This document shows positions 51,777 to 61,003 of a DNA stretch of 64,000 nucleotides, piece after piece. The notes beneath the pieces were generated by a model. It made no database searches, was not told the DNA's origin, and saw only the letters and a program-made list of their open reading frames with translations. The stretch spans positions 7,365,677 through 7,429,676 of the forward strand of contig CM082592.2 in NCBI GenBank assembly GCA_040954595.2, written 5' to 3'. A program made the translations under genes and the position numbers. This stretch comes from Balanoglossus misakiensis. Lineage: Eukaryota; Animalia; Hemichordata. How positions within the stretch are numbered: the stretch's first letter is position 1; each line of letters begins with the position of its first letter.

Positions 51777-53145
51777 GATCGAAAATACTCGTACTGAAAT
51801 GAAAAGACCTTTAAATACGGTAGGTGAAATGAGTCTTTTACTATATTATATCGTAGCTGGCGCTCTTCCCGAAAGTAAAATCCAGGGTGCTTCCTTGGAA
51901 AAAGAAGGGTGACAACGGTCATAAACCAAAGTGAACTGAGCTTTCCCTTAGTTGATCCACATAATTTGAAAGATATTAACCACTGCAGTAACTGTATATT
52001 ATTGTAGTCAAAGGGCCGCTATTTACTTTGCAATAAGCCAAATATACTAACTCCCATGTCCATGGCCATTTTGGCCAAAACTGCCGCATCAAACACTGAT
52101 ATTTACCTAATCTAAAATCTCCCAGGAATTTCCTTGGCGAACCTTTCATTCACAGTCCCAATATCTGCAATATCATTTGACCCTAGAGGTCTATGATTTG
52201 ACCAGTAACTGTAAGGTGACTATGAAAGTAAAGACAAAAGAAAGACTTTATGATCTGCTTGAGTGCGCACAACACTGTCGCAAAATTCGTAGAATATTCC
52301 CTTCGTCATGAAGTATTTTATAACCGCATGCGATTGTGTTTAAAACTAAAAGTGAACGCAAATTACCTGTGTGGTGTGACGAATGACCACACACTATAAA
52401 AAGTATAAAGTATATCCGGGCATTTTACGACAGTGAAAACTTTTGTAACTTTTTGCCGCGAGAACGTAGCGAGAACGAGAACGGGGGCGCACTGCTGCAC
52501 TGTAAACAGGGGCTGTGATTTACCTGTGTCGTCGGAGAGTGGTAAGTGTCATTTCATCAATGAATGCGAATTATCGTGTAAGGACTCTTTGTGTTAATTA
52601 ATGTTAATCTAACCTAGCTCTCACACTATCGACCCCCCCCCCCCCTGTAAACACAAACCAGTGGCCGATCGAAGATTGTGCATATGGGTGGTGGTTGGTC
52701 ACGCACGGTTCACAGTGGCCCACTTCTGCAAACTCAAAAGATTTCAACAAGGAAACACCTTTAAAAATGTAACAGTATCGTAAATTTGCTATATGCTTTC
52801 AGCTGTTCAGATCCTGGACAAGCTATGGTGTCGTAGTTTGCTTTGTCTAGTGTCAGTCTGTTCGGATTTCAAGTGTACAAGGGTTAGACAGTTCATTTCG
52901 AAGATGGATACACTTCTGTGTGTGTGGGGGGGGGGGGGGTGTGGGTCAACGCACCTGAGTGATTGATGACGTGCTATTCAGATGCAGTGACCTATGACAA
53001 GTACTTTCAGTCACCACAGTGTGCCTTTCTTGACTCTAAGTACTGTTCTTCCAACTAGACCAGTTGGAAGAACAGAACAGAAATGCAATTGACCAATTAG
53101 AAAGGGTATGGGCACTTTGTGAAATGATCATCAATTGGCCAATGC

Positions 53146-53865
53146 CACAGGCGTTAGATACGATCGCTTCGCGATCGTCGCTGCCGTAGATGTATAGGAA
53201 AGACAAGGTAAGCAATTGGGAAGCCATCGACGCCGCCAATAATTTTTCAACCGGTGATTTCGCCCTCAAAAACAACGATCGCAGCTCAATAACTAGGGTC
53301 GATCGATGCTCCAAACATTAAAATTCAAGAATACACTCACCGATTACAAAAATCTTACCGTTTAAGTCATTAAAAAGACGTTTTTTCGTAGCGTCTCAAC
53401 AAAACCCAGTAGTAACTGTCAGGGACAATGGCCAGGCATGGTCAAAGGTTATGACCCTCACAGGAAATAGCAACCGACGTTTCTGATTGAATGGATGACG
53501 TATGGCCTTCAGAGCGACAGCCAATCAGGAGCTATTTCCTGTGAGGGTCATAACCTTTGACCATGCCTGGCCATTTTCCCTGACAGTTACTACTGGGTTT
53601 TGTTGAGACGCTACGAAAAAACGTCTTTTTAATGACTTAAACGGTAAGATTTTTGTAATCGGTGAGTGTATTCTTGAATTTTAATGTTTGGAGCATCGAT
53701 CGACCCTAGTTATTGAGCTGCGATCGTTGTTTTTGAGGGCGAAATCACCGGTTGAAAAATTATTGGCGGCGTCGATGGCTTCCCAATTGCTTACCTTGTC
53801 TTTCCTATACATCTACGGCAGCGACGGCAGCGACGATCGCGAAGCGATCGTATCTAACGCCTGTG
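53146..53865. mobile_element. Foldback-like non-autonomous DNA transposon (720 bp) with TIRs of about 330 bp and 8-bp TSD (P- or hAT-superfamily-like)
   Basis: Arms 53146-53471 and 53531-53865 are reverse complements apart from one substitution seen and a 9-bp duplication in the right arm. Termini CACAG...CTGTG; TSD GCCAATGC (53138-53145 and 53866-53873); 59-bp spacer. Confidence 0.9.
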
Positions 53866-54613
53866 GCCAATGCCATCGATGCATTTGTTTATTCATAATT
53901 TGGCACAATTTCATCCAGTGTAATTTCAGTGGTTTACGTTATGTATGTATGGTCATCCGTGCCATAAATAAAAGGTCTTCACTTACCAAGGCGGCTGTGA
54001 CGTGGCCGGTCGTTTGCATGACTTCGTTTGAAACCTTTCAGGTACGTGAATTTAAAAGCTGTTTCTTCATTTGAATTTCTAAAGAAATTGACTATAAAAT
54101 TACAGTTGTTTATCCATTTGACGTACGCCTTTGTTTATCTGATTTTGAATTCCATCATAACTTAGTTTTCAGTGAATTTTTCCAGGTGACTTCTAATGAT
54201 GGCCAAAAGGTCACAGCCTCTATTCACAAACCAGAAAAAAACCCTATGTTTTTGCCTACGTCATGCTTTGCAAACAGACCTTAACTCATGCTGCTTTGGT
54301 CCAAACCCAAATTTGTACATGGCGTCATGAATTGTAATTACCACGGCTCTTTGGGTGATATTTTTGCTGAACTGCAACCCTTTTTGAAAGCCTTTCAGAA
54401 TGTACATGATTGGTTGAACGTTCATTCACTACATAAACACATGTACATTAACATATTTAATGGAATAAGGGCAGCAAATGAGAGACTTTTTCCCGTTAAA
54501 CAAAAGCTTTTCAGTTGTAACAACAATTTTACATATTGTATGCGTCTGATTGTTATTGCCTCATCAGGATTGTGTGTCGTCTGAGTCCCGCACTACGCCT
54601 GTTCAAGCTGGCC

Positions 54614-55417
54614 ATGTTTCCCGAGGACTACCAGCAGTTCCAGTGTCCCGATTGCCAAGAGCAGTTCGACAACGAGGCGATGCTCCTGCTGCACTCCCGC
54701 TGCCACAGTCCCGTGACGCGCATGTTTCAGTGCAGCATCTGCAAGAAGAGGTTCACCACGGAGGCCATGTGCCAGATACACATGGCCTTCCACAATCCCG
54801 AGAAAGCCTGCGTCTACTGCGGGGAAGAGAGGAAGGGACTTATCGGGAGAAGTGGCGCGTGTCGCGCGACGAAGTGCGGACACCACAGAACAGATCCAGC
54901 AACCAGCAGCGACACGGGGACACGAGCATCGTTTGGCGAGATCGGCGATCCGCCCGGTGACAACAACGAAAGTGTGCCCCGCGAAACGACCGCAACGCCC
55001 CCAGTCGACGCCAGGGACAGGCTGTCCAGCAGCTCGGCTGACGGTGTCGGCAGAGGAGGAACCAGGGAAAGGTGGGACAGGAGTCGAAGTGGCACACCCT
55101 CGACCGTCGACGACACCTCCACTGTCGCGGCCGCGGACACACCAACGAGCGACGCGATGGACACAGCACAACCACGTGACGCAAGCGATGAAGCGGCTAC
55201 TCAGATCACCGACAGCGGTGGCAGAGCCATTAAAACTGAACAGTTTACGTGTACAAGCTGTCGCATACACTACGAGGTTTTTGCACTGTACTTGATGCAT
55301 CAGGCGTGCCACAGTGACTTGGGAGAACTCATCTGCTCAGCGTGCGGCTGCAATTTTGAGACTGTGGTGGAATTTAATTTGCATATCATGAATAAAGAAC
55401 ACTTTCATAACATCTGA
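54614..55417 (+). CDS. C2H2 zinc-finger protein with Ikaros/Hunchback-type C-terminal double finger, gene 1 (single coding exon)
   Basis: Two N-terminal C2H2 fingers and a low-complexity linker with IKTE. The C-terminal FTCTSCRIHYEVFALYLMHQACH...ICSACGCNFETVVEFNLHIMNKEH resembles the Ikaros dimerization fingers. First in-frame ATG at 54614. Confidence 0.82.
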   Translation: MFPEDYQQFQCPDCQEQFDNEAMLLLHSRCHSPVTRMFQCSICKKRFTTEAMCQIHMAFHNPEKACVYCGEERKGLIGRSGACRATKCGHHRTDPATSSDTGTRASFGEIGDPPGDNNESVPRETTATPPVDARDRLSSSSADGVGRGGTRERWDRSRSGTPSTVDDTSTVAAADTPTSDAMDTAQPRDASDEAATQITDSGGRAIKTEQFTCTSCRIHYEVFALYLMHQACHSDLGELICSACGCNFETVVEFNLHIMNKEHFHNI

Positions 55418-56467
55418 TTGGCAGACATTTGGGACCTGTTCCCTTTTATAATCAACACCTGTTTCTCTTCAGTACATGTATCAAAAGCTTCATTCCAACT
55501 TGAAGCAGTGTCCTATTAAACTGTCAGGCTAGCATGGTGGTACTCGTTAGTTTTATAACTCACCGAAAAATAGAAATGTTTGGGTTCAGTAGAGTTGTAG
55601 TATTATGTTGCTGAAATAAAAATAAACGGATTTCTACAAACATGATTTGTCGGAGCTTTTATCGTCCCCATTGGTGGTTATCAGAAGTGTTTTGGTTAGT
55701 GGTGACGTTGCGCCTTTGTGACCGACAGCCTCTTGTATAAGTTGTAACTGTCACACCTCAATTATCAGTAGTTTACGATGTTCTGGTCAAGCGGTAAATT
55801 AGCTGGAGTGAATTTGTAGTGGGCCCAGCTCCTGCTAGGTTGACTAGGGCTGTGAACACCAGTCAATCTGGTAGCCCCCGCTACAGTCATTGCAGCTAGC
55901 CGTTAATCTGCCTAACACAAAGAGGTTGCATGTGTCTATAAGGTCACACCGGGTTGTGGGCTCAAAGGTCACGCTGGGCTCAAAGGTCGTATCTGTTTAC
56001 CGCAGCAGTCTCTGTGTCGTAGGTGTGTGAATTTGTTCATCTGGTACAGGAATTTATTCCACCGTATTAATGTTGACCTGCTTGTACAGCACAGCCAGCA
56101 GCGAGACTGAGATGAGAGAGTAGCCTAGCTGGATGGTAAGGAATTGTCGTGGATCTCTGCTCAAGAGCACAACATCTTGAAAGTATGAGCTGGTGCATGA
56201 ATGCTGTAACCTTTGAGAACAGTCCGAAATGGGCTGATTCACATTGAACTAAAGATATACATGTAAATGCGAATTTTCTGTTTCACTGAAGAATATATTG
56301 GTGGTACTTTGCATACAGTTTCACTATTTCTCTTTTTTACTTTACCAGATGTGTAACTGTCAGCTAACTTGAAAACGAAAACATCCGTTGCAAAGAGTGG
56401 ACTGTCCAGCACTTGAGTGAATACAAGTCGTGCCATCTGCTGGGCTGCTGTGAGTACTTGTTGCAAG

Positions 56468-58702
56468 ATGTCTGCGACGCCGGACCGCGGCAATTACGAC
56501 TTCCGAATGCCAAGAGTAATCATTCCTGACCCGAACTATCAGAGGAGGAAGGTATATACCTGCGATGTCTGCCAGAAGACGCACGCATCGAAGAAAGCGC
56601 TCACACTACACGCGGCAAGTCATCATGTGAACGAGGAGGTAAGCGCAGAGAGACCGTATCGTTGCGAGCACTGCGGGAAGTGTTTCGAGAAGGCGGGGTA
56701 CCTGACGGCCCATGAGAGGATCCACACTGGAGAAAGACCATTCAGTTGCAGATACTGCGACAAGAAGTTCACCTGGAAGGGGAACGTCGCCAGCCACGAG
56801 AAGACGCATATCAACGGGGAGAAGCTGCTGGCCTTCAGGTGTAAATACTGTAATAAGATGTACAGTTCTGCTGGGTCGGTCAAAGCCCACGAGAGGATCC
56901 ACACGTGCGAAAAACCGTTTGCCTGTAGATACTGTCCGGAGAAATTTCGCAACAAGAACGCCGTCGTCTTGCACCAGCGAGTTCACGTGCCGCCGAAGTA
57001 CGGCGCTGACCGACCGAACGACCACGTCGCAGCTGCCAGTCAGACGCAAAGCCCGGATGTGAATGACGCAATGTGGCACGACGGTCTCGACGCTTCCGGG
57101 TTTGCCGTCAGTTGTAGTACCCAGACAATGGAGAGTGATCAGCAAGACTCGGACGCTTATCCGAATTCGGACAGCGACAGTGAAACAACAATTATAGCAC
57201 CTGATTTCAGAGACAGTGAGATAATAGACGGAGGTCGCGAAGACCTGGCAGAGGGTACTGCTGCAGGAGACGCCGCCGATGCAAGAAATCCTGCAATACA
57301 GAGCAGTTCTGCAACAACCGATGAGAGTGAGCAACGACCCGATCTGGGAGAGAAATCGCCAACTGAGGTGTCGGAAGAGCGCCAGAGTTCAATTCCGTGC
57401 ATTGTGATAGACAGCGACGAGGACAATGAGAATGATGACCCCAGAACCCAGCGTGAAGTTAGCAATCACATCTCAATACCCGTGAGGGTCAAAGTTGAAC
57501 CCACTGGTCCTTCTGAAGCCGAGATTCCCGCAGGTGATGTCACCTATGACTCGGGAGTCATCAGCGACCAAAGCGCATCGTGTTCAGAAGAAACCAGGAA
57601 GCCTCTGGAGAGATACATTTACCCGTCTGCTTCTGGTCGTACCCAACACACCTCACCAACAGACAGCCTGGGCAGAGACAGTTCACTGCTGAAATCGGAA
57701 GAAATCGCGCCTCCAGGCTGCAAGCTCCACCAAGAGATAGGAACCCAGGAAGACAAGCCTCCTATACCATGCGTTGTGCTGGACAGCGACGAAGAAGACG
57801 ACTCGAAGCATCAAGTGAGGTTTCAAACTTACGAGTGTAAGGTCAAAGTTGAGCAGCAGTGTGTTGAGTTTGACCAAAAGGATGTTAATCTAGTGTCAAA
57901 AACGGAGAAGGTTGAGCCTGGATTACCCGGTACTAGTGACAGTGGCAATGTGTGTGTTCAAGAGTGTGCTCAAGACCTGTCACAAAAATCTGCCAGTGCC
58001 GTGTTGCCGTCGACGGCAGTTGAGAAAATCGTCATATCTAATTGCGTATCACTCAGTGAGAACCTCGGACAGACCGGTGCGACGGACGGGACGTCGCAGA
58101 AAATAGAAGTGGACCTGACCGAGAGCGACCCCATCGATTTGTCAACTCACGTTCGGGGCAATGATTTACCGTCTTCAGAATCAGAGATTATTAGACCTGT
58201 TCGCGATGCCGGGCAGTGTTTGTCAGAGGCAGGGTATGAACCCATCCCAAGCTGCAGCAACTCAGAGCCCAGGTTTGTTGTGACCAGAAACGCAAACAGC
58301 AGTGGTGAGAATTCGAGAAGGGGATCGGGGCAGCCATCTTGCAAGGCAGCTGGAAATACATCCGATCGCGGTGAGAATAAAACCAAGAAGAAGACGGAAA
58401 AGTCAAGAGAAAGAGTTCCACCAGTATATAATAATCTTCTGACTGCATTAGAAAGCATTCCAGATGGACAAAACGAAGATGTCTACGGCCTGATGGTCAC
58501 AAACAGCGAAAATGTCACAGAGGAGAATTTCTTTAAGAAATGCATCCACTGTGGCATAGGCTACTCAGACTTAATGCTTTTCTTGCTGCACAGGGGGTTT
58601 CATGGACCAGGGGGACCATTTCATTGCAGTGCTTGCGATAAAGTTTTCAAAGACACTGTGGAATTCAATATTCATCTCAGCAGTCATCCCCTGCATAATT
58701 GA
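56468..58702 (+). CDS. C2H2 zinc-finger protein with Ikaros/Hunchback-type C-terminal double finger, gene 2 (single coding exon)
   Basis: Five N-terminal C2H2 fingers with TGERP/TCEKP linkers; an acidic linker with SIM-like motifs, VKVE and PIDLS; C-terminal KCIHCGIGYSDLMLFLLHRGFH...FHCSACDKVFKDTVEFNIHLSSHPLH. First in-frame ATG at 56468. Confidence 0.88.
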   Translation: MSATPDRGNYDFRMPRVIIPDPNYQRRKVYTCDVCQKTHASKKALTLHAASHHVNEEVSAERPYRCEHCGKCFEKAGYLTAHERIHTGERPFSCRYCDKKFTWKGNVASHEKTHINGEKLLAFRCKYCNKMYSSAGSVKAHERIHTCEKPFACRYCPEKFRNKNAVVLHQRVHVPPKYGADRPNDHVAAASQTQSPDVNDAMWHDGLDASGFAVSCSTQTMESDQQDSDAYPNSDSDSETTIIAPDFRDSEIIDGGREDLAEGTAAGDAADARNPAIQSSSATTDESEQRPDLGEKSPTEVSEERQSSIPCIVIDSDEDNENDDPRTQREVSNHISIPVRVKVEPTGPSEAEIPAGDVTYDSGVISDQSASCSEETRKPLERYIYPSASGRTQHTSPTDSLGRDSSLLKSEEIAPPGCKLHQEIGTQEDKPPIPCVVLDSDEEDDSKHQVRFQTYECKVKVEQQCVEFDQKDVNLVSKTEKVEPGLPGTSDSGNVCVQECAQDLSQKSASAVLPSTAVEKIVISNCVSLSENLGQTGATDGTSQKIEVDLTESDPIDLSTHVRGNDLPSSESEIIRPVRDAGQCLSEAGYEPIPSCSNSEPRFVVTRNANSSGENSRRGSGQPSCKAAGNTSDRGENKTKKKTEKSRERVPPVYNNLLTALESIPDGQNEDVYGLMVTNSENVTEENFFKKCIHCGIGYSDLMLFLLHRGFHGPGGPFHCSACDKVFKDTVEFNIHLSSHPLHN
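58535..58696 (+). repeat. 162-bp segment duplicated at 63578-63739 (C-terminal double zinc finger)
   Basis: Manual codon alignment of 58535-58696 against 63578-63739 shows 8 differences in 162 nt. Flanks do not visibly align. Confidence 0.92.
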
Positions 58703-60042
58703 GGGAAAACAGCAGTTGAAAAGGTTTGCAAATTATAAAGTGCCTAAATTTTGTCAAAATTTCAGATATTTTTGTTCTGTGTTAGATGTTGTGTTGCTCT
58801 ACATAGTAGTGCATATATTGACTTATGAGTCATTAGAACAATTGACCAGTACTAGAAATTACATGTATAATCACTGATTTTAAACCTGCTAAAATATAAT
58901 ATGAATGTTTAGAGCTTTCTTCAGTAAATGTCACTATAATAACATTTCCCCTGTCTGGTGTAGACAGTTTTTACAATACAACACTGCATTTTAATTCATG
59001 TTAATTCTACACAGTTTTATTTTATATAAACATATTTTATATAGTTTGAATTCTTTTCATGAAAAAAATTGATGTTATTCTTTCACATAAATGTATTTGC
59101 GACAAGAGACCAACTGTTTGTGTATGTTTAGAGCGCTATATATATTCCAGAAATCCTATTTAAAAAAAGGAAGAACCGTGACCCATATTCTATCATTTCT
59201 TTAGAAGAAAGGATGTAAAATTTGTTTAAATGTATGTGTGATTTTGAATGCAAGTATTTGTATATAGGACGTCTTTACAAGTTCAACTGAATGCGGAAAA
59301 TACTGCAGGTGTGCTGAAGCTATATATTTATGCCATCACTATGGCAGAGAATCTATCCAAAATGTTCTATATAAGAGAGTCATGGGAATGTTTATTTGAC
59401 CAAACCTCATAATATGGGTGCTACATCATTAATGTCTGTTCAGTCCCAGTATTCCTTGCATTCCAGTATTATTTTATTTTTGACAAGTGGTGGACACAGA
59501 AAACACATTGTACACAAGGTTAAGTAAGTGCTATATGTGTTCCTCAAAGACAGATATCTCAGAGACTTTGGTAATCTATCTATCCTGTTTCTCTAACTGA
59601 TACCTTACAGTTTCAATCACTAGGACAAACTGTATGATCGATCCACGACACTCCCACAGCCCACTCGCCACCTTCACAAATCCTTTTATTGAATTTGCGC
59701 CCTCAACGTAAACTTCCAGCTGTACATATTTACTGATCTATTCCTCAATAAAATATTTTTATGTAACCAATGGCAACGTCTTATTATTAATATTAAGGCC
59801 CACTGTCCATGTAACACAACCTGTGTCTATCTTCTTTCACTCATCATTTTGTAGGTGGCATCATTTTATTTAGAAGCACTTACAACTTTTTTCTACAGAT
59901 GTCACAAATATGCCATGCTTTGAAATTTAGCATGCAGATCTTTTTTGGGTGATGAAAACTGCACTATTCATTATATTTGCAAAGACAAATATGTTAGACT
60001 GGTATAGCTTGAATATAGGCGAAGGCGGACATCATGCATCAT

Positions 60043-60343
60043 AGGTCATGTCAGGTCACCCGAATCTGACCAGAATCTGAATCTTAATTGGCTGCTTATT
60101 GATTCGGTAAACAGTAGCAGGAGGAAGTGTTGTATAAACTAATACGGGGTGATCGAATTGTCGACTTTTTCGGCCACTCGCGTTGAAGTGTGTCGAGATT
60201 ACATTGACTGAAGTAAGTAACGATGTATCACGACCGTTTGTGAAGGTCACGAGGCAAAGAATTTAGCGCATAAGTTGCAGACGACACCGTTGCAGAGGAC
60301 GACTGAAACTGGCCGTGTCCCGAAATGAGGTCATCGCAGGTCA
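60043..60343 (+). promoter_or_regulatory. Two perfect DR4 nuclear-receptor elements upstream of zinc-finger gene 3
   Basis: AGGTCA-tgtc-AGGTCA (60043-60058) and AGGTCA-tcgc-AGGTCA (60328-60343), with an extra half-site near 60245. They sit next to a likely non-coding first exon (donor near 60357, acceptor near 60851). Confidence 0.5.
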
Positions 60344-61003
60344 TTTACCATTACAGGTAAACTTCTGTAGAATAATTTACTCCGTAAGTTACAAAACTGT
60401 GTGGAAGGTCGCGCTGCATGTCGAAATTTTATCAGTTCAGCTTTAGGCGAGCCTTACATTCATTTCTTATGTCATAGTTATTGACTCTAAATGGATGTAC
60501 AGAAAAAAATCCACAGTGTACACGTAGAAACTTTGGAGGGGAAGTCCCTAATAATGATGACGTAGGTCGTTTCGAGGGGAATTCCCGGAGTTCGTTCAAT
60601 CCTTTGTCTTGACCATTTCTGTTTTCATCGTTCTACTGTTTATGGTTTTATAATGTAAGTATGTTTTTAACTTAAAGCGAGGGTAGTTTTATCTAGTATT
60701 GATATTAAATGTCAAAGTAGTTGAAATGAACTCTTTTTAAAGCACACGTGACGTCACTTGTAACTCTGGCAAATGTCAATCCAAAGGTCACATGCGGTAC
60801 ACATAGTCTGCAGAAATGATTTTAATTTGCATTCTTACTTTGTATTTGTAGGGAAGGAACCTTTTAACAGAGTAACATTTTCAACGAGGTCCGTTGATGT
60901 CGCACTCTGCAAGATTTGGTGTATATTATTGCAGCCTGCACCATTGACAATTTAGAAGGGCCAGGCTGTTATAATTGAAGGACACCGCAAAAGGAATTCA
61001 AAA

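Noticed and set aside
53036-54074. Two near-identical ORFs (MEHRSTLVIELRSLF...) on opposite strands
   Set aside because: They are the two arms of the foldback element read in opposite directions, begin at non-ATG codons and show no protein-family motif.
54550-58458. Many alternative-frame and antisense ORFs over the zinc-finger genes
   Set aside because: Expected shadows of GC-rich coding exons, with no recognisable domains.
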